64,000 nucleotides of DNA from Camelus ferus (taxonomy: Eukaryota): the NCBI RefSeq assembly GCF_009834535.1, contig NC_045697.1, forward strand, positions 13,208,001-13,272,000. Reading direction: 5' to 3'. Positions 12,996-27,117 of the stretch are shown one piece after another. The notes under the pieces were generated by a model, which was not told the origin of the DNA, ran no database searches, and saw only the letters and a list, made by a program, of their open reading frames with translations. How positions within the stretch are numbered: the stretch's first letter is position 1; each line of letters opens with the position of its first letter. A program made the translations under genes and the position numbers.

Positions 12996-13429
12996 TCTCT
13001 AAGGTGATAAACGTTCCTGTAAGTACTCTTCTCAACATCGTGTCTGATTGGTTTTATGACAATCCCCTGATATTCCTCCTCTTTAGCTACTTCTCCACAT
13101 TCTAGTTTTCATGATTCTGCTCCTCTTTTTGACTCTAAATTGGAGTGGTCCTAAAGGGCCTCATCTCCTGAACTCCAACAGTGCTGGACTATTCGCATGT
13201 CTTTGAATTTGAAACAAATTTGGCTTCATATGCTGACTTTTTGGGGCGGTGAGGGGCAAGAGTTTTTTTCACAGTCTCCATCTCTTGCCTGCAAAGGTTC
13301 TATACATTCTTCAAGTCATGTCTTAAATACGCTCTTTGACAGTCTTTTATGGTTCACCAACTCACCTATTTCAGAGCTCCTGCTGTAATTTCTCATAGGT
13401 TTCTCCAGTTTTCCTTTATAGCACTTGTC

Positions 13430-14430
13430 TCAATTCATTTTTTAATCTTGATAACACCATTGACAAAACTTCTCCAAATAGGAAAAAAAAATTAAAATTA
13501 GATGATATCACAGGTTAAATACAGGTGCAAATATTAAATAGCATGATGCTAAATCAAAGACATGTGTACATTAACAGAAAACTATGTAGCTTTATACTGA
13601 TGAATATAAAGAAGATTTGATATCCAGTGCAAATGAGAATAAATAATATTTATTGATTCCGGTTATTAAATAACATTTCTCATTAAAATATCCTAGCCAT
13701 ATATTCTTTCTAAATTAATCTTTTGGTTTGATATAATACCTATTAACATGTCAAATTATTTTAATGCTTCTGACAATAATGTGTCTAAATTGTCACTAAA
13801 AACTATTTGTAAAAGTATTTTTAAAGCCATTCTCCAAATTACTGTTTTAGAATGAATGTGGTATGGCACATAATCTAGAATTTTCAGGAAATTTTTAGAA
13901 ATGGAGTACAAGAGGACTTTTAAACCATTATTAAATGGTATTATAAAACTAAGATAATTAAAATTAGGATGATAAAATATATTATTTGCATACAGATCAA
14001 TAGAACTATCTGTAGACTCAAAAAGTAGATACATGGTATTTATATGTATATGTGTATATATGTATAATATCAAATGTATTATTCATTAGACAAAATATTT
14101 TGTAAAAAAGAATCACATACTGATTTATTTTAAGTTAATCTTTATCTTATACAGTAAAGCAAATGCCAAGGATATTTAATATTTCATTTAAAAATGGAAA
14201 AATAAATATTAAAAAATAATTTATAGGTGATTACTTAAAAATACTGTAATGTAGAATATTATTTGAAAGTGTTACCAAAAGTTGAATTACAAATTAAGTG
14301 GTTTAGAATTATTGTAATTGTAATGCAGGAAAAACAATGAAGTAAAGTAAAACAGATGACAAGTGGAGAAATCATTAAAATGTAAATGCAAAAGACATAC
14401 ATAATAAAATATTATTTAAAACTAATAGAG
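13430..14430 (+). mobile_element. Highly degraded ancient L1 ORF2 remnant
   Basis: A-rich text with L1-like motifs ('ataaagaagatt', 'acagatcaatagaac', 'acagatgacaagtggagaaa'). Confidence 0.5.
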
Positions 14431-17400
14431 AGAAGACAGTATTCACCCTCCAGGCTATTTCCTTCTACATCCCCAGTTGTGTGTTCTCAATCTTCTCTGC
14501 TAGCCTTGCATTCACTCTAGATTGATGCTTAAAGAGACCTATTGCCTCATAATATTAAGAACAGAAGCTCTTAATTCCAATGGATCTGAATTCCATTCCT
14601 AAGTCTTTCTGAATTTGGGCATCAATTAATAAATAAATAAATTCCTTCTGTATTTGTAAAGTAGAGGCAGAAGATACACCTACTTTATAGGATTAGGGAA
14701 GAGAATTTGCTGTGAGCTGTTTACTGTAGTACCCAGAATGTAGTGAGGGTTTAATATATATTAGCTATTTTAGTATATATACAAACAGAAAAAAGTTGAA
14801 GGATTGCATTTTCGTAGAAGAAAACAGGATTTGCATATTTCAAATTTCTAGAGGGGAAAAAAGGAAGAACAAGTAACAAAAATTGGTAGGACATAAAGGA
14901 AGCATAATGCAAATAAGAAAAACTAAAATGAAATGACAAAATTAAGACCAACTATATCTGATGTGATGATAAGTGTAAATGTGTTAAAATTCTCCCACAA
15001 AAATTTCTCAGGTTGAGTTTGAAATACTTAACACAGCTTGATATTGTCTACAGGAATCACATGGGAAATGTGCCTTGTATATGGTTTATTATCAAAACCA
15101 CTACAAAAATGTATGTGTGTGAGAGGAACTCTTTTAGAAATAAGTGAAATGCCAAATGGAAGCATTTCCAAATGTCAATCATGACAGTAGACAGTTTAAA
15201 AACTACAGACATTTTATTGCCAGACTAATTTGACAATGCCAATACATTAATTATTTAATTAAAAAAAAAAACTCTAGTGCTTTATTTTTTGAATATATTA
15301 TTTTCTCTTTTATGAAGAAAGCCTCTGAATAACTCACTATGTAGAGGGTCCTAGTAAGTTTGTTCCTGACAATTTTTACTTATTTTCAGAGAGAAATTTT
15401 TTAACATCTAATCTTTGCCAGGTAAATCGTTCAGTGATTGACACTAGAGAATAAAATATTAAAATATTCAAGTGTAGCCAGCTAAAGAGTTTTTATATAT
15501 ACTTGGAAATCCAAACAATAAGATTGAACAAGAATCTCAGTGCTACAGCAAAAGTTAAGGAAATTAGAGACAATTACATGGGGAAAAAGCTTGTAATTAG
15601 TACAGTTACAGTTAGAAGAAGAACTCCTCAAGAGTTCCCTGGTGAAAATGCCTTTATTAGCAAGCCACACCCTGGGGCACATTTATTTATTTTCTTTTGT
15701 AGTTATTTCACCCTTTAAATAGCAATCCATATTAGACACTTTCTTAGACGTCTGAGTTGCTCTGCTTTCTTTCCATTCGTTATCCTCTTCTAATTATAGT
15801 GGAATCATTTCAATTGACATGATTTGTCATTGTTCTTTTTTCTCTCTAAAGGATTTTTATTCAATTCTGTATTTATTTGCTCATCTCCTCAAAAAAGTGA
15901 TAAGAAAATCAAAGTCCCTTATCTTTAGAAATGTAGTTTTCTCTAAATTTACTTAAAGTATCTTTTTTCCCCCCTTTCCCTATGCTTTCCTCCAGCCATA
16001 GAATATTTGTTCTTAAATGATCAAATAGTGTTATATGGTACACCTTCAAGAACTATGAATTTGTACAATTTAAAATTAATTTTGATTCTTAAATAAATTT
16101 TTATTTTCATACTGTCAGTCTACAGGAACTTGCTTTACTTCTCTTTTGGGATCTTAAATTTTGGGATAGGTTTACTGAATAAATTAATAACTCAATCTTT
16201 GTGATAAAAACTACTTAATATGTACTAGTGTAAAATAAACCTCTATAACTTTAAAACTTCAATATTTTCTTCTCCATGAAACTTTCAATATACAAAACTA
16301 TCTAGAGTAAATGTGAAATCATATTTTCCCCAATAAATGTTCTTCTTTAAATATTAAGTTGGAAAGTCAACATAAAAAGTGTATTAATTCCTCTTGCTTG
16401 AAATGCTCTTAGTAAATCGTTCTCTGTCCAAAAATGAGAAAATGTGGAATATTAATTCTAACTCCAGACTAAATCACTCACCAGTTAAGAGTATCTGTTT
16501 CTAAATTATTTCAATCATTCTGAAACTGCAAATAAAAATATGTGCAGTATTTTTAAGAATCACAAGCACTTTGAGATTTATGAAATGGGGGAACCTTAGC
16601 CATTTTTCCATTCAGCTGTTGCAACCCTGAGAGTTATTGATGGATTAACGATATGTGTAAGTGGCAGTGATATAAGTAGGTGGAAAGTTTCAGAAGTCTG
16701 GAATGTGTAAGTTTTATGTCAAGTGACTTTGAAATGGAGAACTCCTGCAGTTCACTTACAGCAGCATGAAATAGCTATTCACTTAGGTTCCAATTTTAGC
16801 CTCTATAATTGGTTTGCTGAAAAACAATAATACAAAATTCTTATTCAAGAAATTTTTCTATAGCAACAAGGCTTTATTTTATTACCTACGTATTTTGGTT
16901 TAGTTTTTAAGAGTCAGGTAATTCCCAAAGAGGTTTGTATGTTTCCATTGAATTTTTAGAAGTAATGAGTTTCCACCTTATAAATGAAAGATAGGATGGA
17001 AGGTTAATTTTGCAGTGGGAGAAGTTACAGGAACCAGTAGACCACATTTGTATTTCATGCCAGCAGACAATTTGCCCCATTTGCTCAATGGGAGCCAAGT
17101 GGTTACTTCCATCAGTGGTTAATTGGCAGGGGATGCAATTTCAATATGTTCTGAGACGTAGACTTTTACGTACATAGTTTATCCATTTTACATCTAATCT
17201 TCAAAATCACAGCAGCTGGTCAGTGGGACAGACGCTGGGTTCCCATGGCTCCTGCCACTCAGTGTGTTTTGTGGGACCACCTGGTAGACAGGACAAAACC
17301 AGGTGCCTTTTTGGTCTTCAGTCACCATAGTAGATAGTATTACATGAATAGTGCATTTTTAAGAAGGCCTATACAAGAAATAAGTTCATAGGGATTATGC

Positions 17401-17756
17401 ATGCAGCAAAAGTTATATACAATATGAATAAACTTTATCATAACACACAGCCTAGAATCTTTGAGAAACTTCACACAAATCTTCACCTATGGAATCTTTA
17501 GAAACTGGATTTAAATATGTAGGTGCTTTCAATTCTCTGCTAAATACCTATGCATGGTACTAAAGTCCATAGCTCTGTCTTCTTTTAATGTTTATATAGA
17601 CCTGAAATTTACTGACTTTCTGAATCTTACTTGGCTATTTATACACATGTCTCCATTGTATCTGATTCCCAACGAAAAGAAAAATGTCCTATACCTCCTC
17701 TCTCAATTAAAAAATATTTTTCTTTTATTACTCTTTAAGTTGCCATTGTTCTTCAG

Positions 17757-20630
17757 TTGGACAAAGCTGTACACATAAATTTGACAACTTAGCTGAAATA
17801 AACCAATATCTAAAAAAACCCCACAAACTACCACAATTCATATAATATAAAATAGATTACTTGAACAGCCCTGTAACTCTGAAAGAAACTGAATTCATAG
17901 TTAGAAACCTCCTTCCCACTCAAGAAAAATATCCAGTCCAAATTATTTCACTGAAGAATTCTACTATATTTTAAAAAAGAACAAACATCAATTCTCTTTA
18001 TAGAAATTAGAGGAGGAAGGAATATTTTTCAGTTCATTTTACAAAAATACATTAGTATTACCTTGATAGCAAAATTAGACAAAGAAAAAAGCTATACCAA
18101 TATCCTCTTGAATATAGATGCAAAAGTCCTTAACAAATTATTAACAAACAACTCAGCAATATATAAAAAAGCATTAAACACCAATATCAAGTGAGGTCTA
18201 TTCCAGGAAGTCAAAGGTGGTTCAATATTTAAAAATCAATCTAAACCAGATTACATGACCATATTGATCTATGTAGAGCAGTCATTTGACAAAATTCAAC
18301 ATTCATTCAACATTAAAAAAAAATATTTTCAGGAACATGGGAATAGAGGAAAACTCTTCAACTTGATAGAGTATGTTCCAAAAACCTACAGAAAACAATG
18401 TACTTAATGGTAAATGACTGAAGTTCCCTACGTAAGATCAAGCATAAGCAAGGATGTCTCCTCTCAATACTTTTATTCAGCACAATGGTAGAAGTTCTAG
18501 CTAGCGCAAAAGGGCAAGAAAAAGGAAATTAAGGATTACAAATCAGAAAGGAAAAAAAAAAAACTTTTGCCCTTTTTGCAGATGACATGCTTTTTCACAT
18601 AGAAAATTGCTAATTACCTACAAACAAACAAGATAAAACAAAGAAAACCCTCCTAGAGTTAACAAATGAGTTTAGCAAGGCTTTAGAATAGAAATTAAAC
18701 ATGTAAAAATTAATATTTTTATATACTAGCAATGAACTTGAGGACATTGAAATTAAAACATACAATACCAATACAATTGTGCAAAAAATAAAATACTTAT
18801 ATGTAAACCTACAAAAAAATGTGCAAGACTTTTTTATGCTAAAAACTACAAAATACTGAGGGAAGAAATAAAAGACCTAAGTAAACAGAAAGCCATTATG
18901 TTCATGGATTAGAAAATTGACATAGCAAAGATTGCAATCTCCTCAAACTGATGTACAAATTTAACAAAATTCTTATCAAAATCCAGCAAGAATTTTTTGT
19001 AAATATAAACAGTATTATTCTAAACTTTATATGACTAGACAAAGAAACTAGGATATCTAAAAAAAATTTTGTAAAAGAAGAATAAAGTGGGAGGACTCAG
19101 TCCATCTTACTTTAAACTTATTATATACCTATCATAATCAGGAGTGTAGTATTGTTGAAGGAATAGACACATAGCTTCTTGGAACAGAACTGAGAATCTA
19201 AAAAGAAATCTACACAAATATGCCCAACTGAAATTTGACAAAGATGCAAAAGCAATTCCCTGGAATAATTATAGTCTTTTTAACAAATGACTCTTTAGCA
19301 AATGGACATTTATAAGTAAAGATAAATAAATAAACAAATAAAGAATTTGGGCTAATTCTCATATCTTATACAAAGTTAACCCAGAACAAATTATGGACTT
19401 AATTTTTGGTGGGGATGAGGTAATTAGGTTTGTTTGTTTGTGTGTTTATTTAACTGGAGGTACTCGAGAATGAACCCAGGACCCTGCACATGCTAACCAT
19501 GTACTCTACCAATAAGCTATAGCCCCCCCACCCCTGGACTTAAATGTAAAATGTAAAATTATAAAACTTCAGCAGAAAACATAAACGATCTTTAGGATCT
19601 AGGATTAGGCAAAGATTTCTTAGATTTGATAGCAAAGTATGACCCATAAAAATTGCTAAATTATATTTAATCAAAATTTAAAAGTTTTGTATTGTGAAAA
19701 GCCCTGTTAAGAGGATGAAAAGAGAGCTAAAGTCTGGGAGAATATACTTGCAAAGCACCTATCCAACAAAGGATGAGTATCTCGGATATACAAAGAATTC
19801 TCAAAACGCAACACTAAAAAATAAAATAAAAACATTCAATTAGAAATAGGATTGAAAAATAAGAGACATTTCATTGGCTAGGATATACACTTAGCAAATA
19901 AGCACATGAAAATATTTTCACCATCATCATCCATTGGAAGGCAACTTAAAAACACAATGAGATATCATTATACATCTATTAAAGTAGCTGAAATACAAAA
20001 ATAGTGAAATAACTAAATACTAGGAATGATGTAGAGAATCTTCATCACTCCTACATTGCTGGTAAAAGTTTGAATGGCTCAGCCACTCTGGAAAATAATT
20101 TAGTGGATTCTTAAAAAATTTAAATACGTGATTACCACATGTCCTAGCAATTGAACTCCTATGCATTTTTCCAGAAAAAATGAAAACTCATGATCACAAG
20201 AAAATTTTTACACAAATATTCAGTACTTCTTATCATAATGGCTAAAACTTGGAAATAACATAGATATTTTTCAGTGAGTGAATAGTTAAACTACATCCAT
20301 ACCATAGAGTACTATTCAGCAATGGAAAGGAACAAACTACTGCCACATGCAACAAACTGGATGAAACCCCAAATAATTATGCTGAGTGAAAAAAGCCAAT
20401 CCAAAAGAGTTACTCTATGATGCCATTAATATATTATTCTTGAAGTCACAAAATTTAGAAATGGAGAACAGATTAGTGGTTGCCAGAAGTTAAATTATAT
20501 GTAAGTGTGGAACTAAACGGAGTGTGGTTTTAAAAGAGCAATATGCGGAATCCTTATAGTGATGGACATATTCTTCCATCTTGACTTTCAAAATCCTTGT
20601 TGTGATATTATATTATATTTTTGCAAGATT
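17757..20630 (+). mobile_element. Old 5'-truncated L1 (ORF2 RT domain through 3'UTR), many stops and frameshifts
   Basis: Recognisable ORF2 motifs: 'tttgcagatgacatg' (FADDM) at ~18575, 'caaggatgtctcctctca', 'tgttcatggattagaa', 'actattcagcaatggaaaggaac'. Confidence 0.92.
19403..19534 (-). mobile_element. tRNA-derived SINE, camelid Vic-1-like, nested in L1
   Basis: Same family as 9951-10091. Perfect 9-bp TSD tggacttaa at 19394-19402 and 19535-19543. Confidence 0.88.
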
Positions 20631-21913
20631 TAAGGAAATTAATAATAATGATGGTTCAAACAAGTCTAAGGGTTAGAACATGGAGCAGCTCCAATTTCAA
20701 CATTTTCTTTCCAGCTAGTTCTGGGTAACACTGGTGAGGCCAAATGTACTCAATATTCAGAAAATACAAGACACAAATACATACACTTGTCGATTATGTG
20801 GTAGAGACATCTAAATTTTTTATAAGGACCACTGCTGACGCCACCAAAACATAAAAAAGTAAAATATGAGAAGATGTGTGGATATTAAAAGGACCAAACC
20901 TAAATTCAAATTCTTAAGATTAAGACAATGTAAATCTTAAATATGAAATGTGTTTATTTTGTGTTTGTATAAGATATAAAACAGATTAAATAGATTAAAT
21001 GCAGCTTTAAAAGGTGATTCATTTCATAACTTGCACAAAACATTCTGACGTTAAGCTAGGGATGGAAAAAAAAGAAAAGTGCTTTTGTTACAACCAACCT
21101 TTGCTGAGTTTTCACTACGCTTTCAGCAGAATGTAAAGCATAGTGTGGAATGTAGAACAGCATGGGCCGCAGTTCTCATCTCCAAGGACAGCACATCCAG
21201 TTGAGAAGACAATACCTACATTTACAAGACAGAATTGATCTATACAAAACAGGATTTTTTTTAGCAGAGAGTTTCACGGAATTGATTGAAAGTCCAATAA
21301 GAATTCGGACAACAAGGCTTCCTGCTCTCCATCTTGACAATAAAGATTTTAAGAAGATGAATGAATTAAATAAAGTTTTGAAAGATGAGTGAAAATTGTC
21401 TGCAAAGAGATGTAAAAGAAAAAGTCAAGGTAAAGTTTATGAAGGAAGCCAAGAGGACAGAGACTAGCAGGAAGAGTATGTCTTTAAAAAAAAAAAAAAA
21501 ATGAAGAACAAAGGAAATAGATATGTAAAAAGTTTGATTAAAGAGATCTTGAAAGCCAAGGGGGAGGCCAGCCAGAAATAGTCAGTCACAGGAGAGTCTT
21601 TGAGCAAGGAAGTGACTTGATAAAATTGGCTTTAAATAAATTGATGGAGAGACTGGAGCTAGAAAAGTAAGCAGGGAGAAGAAGATTGAAAATAAGTCAT
21701 GAGGTAGGAAGCTAAGCTAAGCTAAAGTGTTGGTGCAGGGGATGGAGATAATTTATCAGAAGACTTAATGAAGGAATTGTCAGTGTGGTGTAATTTCAGA
21801 AAACATATACATTGAATCTCAGCCGCTCTCGGGACTACTTAATAACCAAACAAAATAACTGTCCAATGACAGTAAAAAAGAAAAGGTGTGCACCTGTTTG
21901 TGTATTTAACTAC

Positions 21914-22410
21914 TGTTGACTGAAATAAATGTGCAGCCTAAAAGTTAAGAGTTATGTTTTATTTGGCGGACACTTCTGAGGACTTGAACCCCTTCGAGCC
22001 TGGGATGACAGCCTCTCAGATGGTTCTGACGGACTGCTCCAAAGGGGTAGGGGAGGAGCCAGCATATACAGGAGCTTTACAACAAAGACCAGGTAGTTGG
22101 AACATTAAAAGATTACTTGTTAACTAAAGACAACCAGGCATCTCAAGTTGAAGAATTTGTGCTTTTCTATGTCTGGGAGGAAGCAAACATTTGGGCTCAT
22201 TGAATTCATTCCTTTGACAAGCACCTAGCTATCTAGGGCCGGTATCCTGTCCTTTTTTATTCTGCGTCCCCTCAGGGTGCACCATGGTGAGTGGCTGCAG
22301 AGGCTGGGCTGCAGGCTTGTCTTCACTGATGGTTGGTGGCAGTGGCTGATGACTTGATGGCTTCAGCATTCTTTGTTTACTGATGTGGTTTGCAGCGTTT
22401 TTCATTCACA
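21914..22410 (-). mobile_element. ERV solo LTR (~497 bp, ERV1-like)
   Basis: TG...CA termini, 4-bp flanks ctac/ccac, minus-strand AATAAA near 21958-21963, GC-richer than the flanks with retained CpGs, no internal ERV sequence on either side. Confidence 0.8.
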
Positions 22411-23001
22411 CCACCAATTCACCTAACTCAAGGAATCATTTTTATATTAAATGAATGAAAGAAATGAAGTACCATTACTGAAACACACCTTAATGAAAAT
22501 TATTAAATAGTTTGATGAGTGAAAGATTTGAATCATATGCCAAAAATAAGAGAGCAAAATCAAAGTGCTAGCTTTTGGTTCAGTGGAGTAACTTACAGTT
22601 TCTCATCTAGTCTTTGCTCTCTCTTAGCTTTATTACTGGGAAGAAGGAAATTTCTTCCCCCTTCATCACCTACATATTTCAGTTGTCTTATAAGATTAGC
22701 TCACATTTTGAACTCTTACCCTGTGCACAGGCTAAACAGGCACACCTCTTCTGCATCCCACTGCTGTCAAAGCACTTTCTACATTTTATTATAATTTTGT
22801 ATTTACTGAACATCTTTTAATTAGATGATGAACTCCCTTTTTTAAAATTCAGAACAGATTTACAATGAAAGAAAAAATCAGGAAAAACAAACCCAAAACA
22901 CAGTGTTGAATAAATGGCTAAGTGACAAAGGTAACTTCTGTCCTCAGAAAACTTCTATTTGAAGTTCAAAAGGATTGGAAGAAGGACAATCACCCCTTCT
23001 T

Positions 23002-23047
23002 AGGTCTCAGATGAGAGTAGAAAGGAGGTCTCAGATGAGAGTAGAAA
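23002..23047. repeat. Perfect 22-bp tandem duplication (period 24)
   Basis: aggtctcagatgagagtagaaa at 23002-23023 and 23026-23047. Confidence 0.95.
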
Positions 23048-23467
23048 TTATGTGCAATGAAAACACTTAACTGGCAAGTAATTCTCAGTCCTGGAAAGCC
23101 CTGCATATTCACATATACGCCAAGTGCACATGTATTCACCCGTATTTGGCCTCTTCCCAAATATTTTGTGAAAATTCTACTTTCTGCAGTGGTCAGGAAT
23201 GAAACTCAACCTGGCTTTCATGGCTTTGGTTTTCTCTTCTCATTCTATCACCATTTTCCGGATAAATGTCCTTCATGAGTGGAAATACATGAAGGCCTGG
23301 ATACCTTCTCCTTTGACATCCCTCATTTAGGAAAAAGAATTCATGGAAATAGACGTCATGGATCATGACAACTTCTCAGACCGTGCCCTTTCATTATTAA
23401 AAACTGAGAAGCAGCCTCCCTGAAAATAAAACTACAATGTGTAAAACTAGTAAAGTAAGACTCTCAG

Positions 23468-23706
23468 ATTTGCAGATACTAATATATATAAAGTAGATAA
23501 ACAACAAGTTCATACTGTATAGCACAGGGAATTACATTCAATATCTTGTAGTAACCTATGGTGAAGAAGAATATGAAAACCAATGCATGTATGTTCATGT
23601 ATGACTGAAGCATTATGCTGCACACCAGAAATTGACACAACGTTGTAAACTGACTATACTTCAATAAAAAAGTATATATACAAAGCAATTTTAATTAAAG
23701 AAATAA
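23468..23706 (+). mobile_element. Young L1 3'UTR end (5'-truncated)
   Basis: 'actgtatagcacaggg...caccagaaattgacacaac...gactatacttcaataaaaaa'. TSD aagactctcag at 23457-23467 and 23707-23717. Confidence 0.92.
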
Positions 23707-24199
23707 AAGACTCTCAGGCAAGATGTGAGGTTAAGTAAGGTTATGTCTTGCTCTTAGATTTGCAGTAAGTAGTTTGAAGAAAGGAATCCTAAAACCCCAA
23801 TTCAATGGCCTTTGGGTATCTAGTTTGCAGTGAGCTCCCAGAATCAGTCTCTTCTTTCAATCTTTTGAAGTTCAGACACTGTTGCCCTTCACATTTTGGA
23901 AGCTGCAATGCAGGAAGCTCAAGTACAAGCCTGGGGTGATGCCTGTGGAGTCCCACTCTTTCATCAAATTGACTTTGGGAAACTAACTTCCTTCAGTGGC
24001 TTCTGGGGAAAAAGATAATTGATTCTTTGGGGTGGCTGTTGATTTAACTCGCTTCACTATTCTTGTTTTATAGTTTTGTGTGACATATATACAGCATCCA
24101 GGGAGCACAAAGAGATGGAAATATGCACCAGGTTAACATGCTTTATTTTCACTGAAATAAAACGACATTTAAAAAGCAGGGACACAGTAATATCTGTGT

Positions 24200-24640
24200 T
24201 TCTTCCTCACAAAACTCTCAATAATGTATAATGCTGATTTCAGTCCTCAGTTTCTAGATAAGGCTGCCCTCACCTCAAGCTCTGTGTGGCTTTCAACGAC
24301 ACTGGCTTATTTCTCACTCCCACTAGTGGTGGTGGGTTTCATGGGACTCTGAAACTCATGCACTCTCATTTCAAGATTCAGGCTAAATGAAGGGCTCCTT
24401 CTCGGGACATACTGCTCTGGTAGCAGAAGAGAAAAGCAAGAGAACTGGCAAAAACATGCTATGGGTACACAATTTCAATTACAGTCCGCCAGCCAAGCAA
24501 GTCACTTGGCCAGGGCTGCCAGTGGGGCAAAGGACTACACTGTTCCCTGGGAAAGCGCTGAAAACTAAAGGGCGATGAACAGGGAGGACTGAGGCTCTAG
24601 TAGAGAACGGGGAGCAGATAATTGGGAATTTACACTCAGC
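24200..24640 (-). mobile_element. Old MaLR LTR (MLT1I/J-like)
   Basis: 'tggtagcagaagagaaaagcaagagaactggc', 'gccaagcaagtcacttggcca' are typical antisense MLT1 motifs. Confidence 0.55.
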
Positions 24641-25269
24641 ATCTGTTTATATAACAATTATTTCTCTTGGCCCCCTTTTATTTCCATTTCCCTTTTTCGT
24701 CTTCCTCCATTTCTACTCCTTTTTCTTCTGACAGCAAATATTTGTAAAAACACCCTGTTTCAATATTGCTCAAATGTGAGTGATGCAAAATACCATTTTA
24801 CAGGGAAATTATACCTGTGGATTCCTGCCATTGAATTATTTTTATCATAATGTTAGTATTTAAATATTTACAGAATAAAACCAGCATAATTTTCTTGTGC
24901 TTATATCTCATTTACAAGCAGGAAAGAAAAATACATTTATATATTAAATACAACAAAACTGCAAAATATTAACATTTAACTTTAAACATTAATTTATTGT
25001 GCCCGGTGATAAGTTTTTGCATAAACTATCCCAACTATGTCAAGTTAAATTGTGGAAGAAGTATTATCTGGCCCAATTCAGGGGTAGTGTTTTGACTGTA
25101 ATAATGTTAATATGGAAAATGCCTATTTGCATTAATATGTGTAAAAATGACATTAATGCATTTAATTTATCTTTGTATCCTCCAAGACCTGCCAAGGTGC
25201 CTGGTTCATAGCAGATGTAAAGAAATTATATGTCAAACTTTATTTACCAGCTCGTGATAATCAGACCCC

Positions 25270-25810
25270 ATATTTAACAAATGTTTAAGAAAATGATCCC
25301 TCAGCTGTTTAGTCTAATGAGTGCCAGGCACCCTGTCAGGCATGGAGAATATGATGAAAAGCAAAAGAGATTATTTCTTAGCCTGTAATAAATAAAGGAA
25401 AAATGTGGTAAATGTTAAGAAGTAGAATTATCTATTGCTTAGGAATATTTAACAGGACAATTAATCTAGTTGGAAAGATCAGAAAGTTATGATTGAGGAA
25501 AGATATGAAGAAAAAGAAGAGTTAATCATGGAATAGGGGAGAGAAGGAGAAGGCATTTCTGGCAGAAAACAACTGTGCAGGTATTGTGGTGGGAGGGGAC
25601 ACAGGGGATCAAATAAGACCAGTCTACTAGACCACAGGGAGAAAAAGGAAGCACAGGGTGTAATACTGCTACAGCGATGCATTAGATGAGGTATTAAGCA
25701 TTAGTATTGTGAAAGTTTTTATTTTAAGAAAAAATGGAAGCTACAAATATGTTTTATGCAGAGAAACCTGATCAGACATATAGCACAAAAATAAGTGGCT
25801 GCAGATTATG
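25270..25810 (-). mobile_element. L2 fragment
   Basis: 'gtgccaggcaccctgtcaggcatggagaat', 'gaaggcatttctggcagaaaac'. Confidence 0.55.
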
Positions 25811-27117
25811 GTCAGGTGAGAAAGTAGGAAGATCCTTTCCCCATAAACCTGGGGGAAAATGCAAAAAATAAGCCAAACAAACTCACACACACACAAAATC
25901 ATGTAAAGCCCCAAATATCTTTTCAGTGATTTGTAAATTAATAAAACCAAAGGCATAAAATGATATGAGAAGCATTTTTGCTTCAAAAAATCCTGCTGAA
26001 CTTAAAAGAGTGCACATTAGAAGAGTGGAAATCTGTGACATTCTGACTGAAGGCTGTTTCTTAACACAGTCACATCCCCATAAGTTAGTACACATGAAAG
26101 TTCTGCCAGAGTAGGGAAAGGCATAAGGAACAGCAGCTTCTGCTGCCATCAAAGGGGGCTCCCTCACTTTGTAGGAATGGCGATGCCCACTCTCAGTGGC
26201 AAGAAGGACCAATGGCTCTATTAGCCTGATGCAATAGTTATTACCTACAGGAATATCTTTGAGACTTGATTGAGGCTAAGACATAGAGGACCTAAGCCAA
26301 CCACACACTCCTGACCAAATCTGAGGATGCTCACATGCACACAGAAAACTAAAAATGGCTCAGTGGAAAGTAAAATCTGGAGTAGATATGAGAACAATCT
26401 AAATTTGCATGCACTTTCCTACACATGCAGATATAGCTCATATGCAGAGTATAAAAATCTTATGATCTTGGGATGGATGAGCATAACCTTAATTATTAGT
26501 TGATAACTAAGGTATATAAACATTGAGTAACCTCTTAAAAATAATTTTAAAAAATAAGAATAATAAAAAAGAGGAACTGAGCAAAAACATCAATAGCAGC
26601 ACACTGAAAGCAAGACAGAGTTCATAGATTAAGCCCTAACAATCATTAAATGAAAAATAATAAATAAATAAGTGAAATAAACAAAAACCACAAACCATCA
26701 TCATGGGGCAGAAATCAGAGTCCAGAGTTGCTACAACTAGTTTATCTAAAATGTTCTGTTTTCAACAAAACATTTTTGAGATATGTGAAGAAACAAGTGT
26801 GATTCAACTTATGAAAAAACAGTCAATGCAGACTATTTCTGAGGGGTCTCAGGTGTTACATTTAGCAGATAGACTTCAAAGCAACTATAACTATGTTCAA
26901 AGAGCTAAAGGAAAGCATAACGACAATAAATCAAAACTAGATATGCTAAAATTCCTAAATTAAAATTAAGAACTAAATTGAAATTTAAGAGTGGAAAGGT
27001 ACAGTAACTGAAACTGAAATTTGTTAGTGGGACTCCACAGCAAACTGAATAACTAATTAAAAATCTATTTTATAAGAGAAGCCCAGGCCCAGATGGTTGC
27101 ACTGGAAAATTCTCTCA

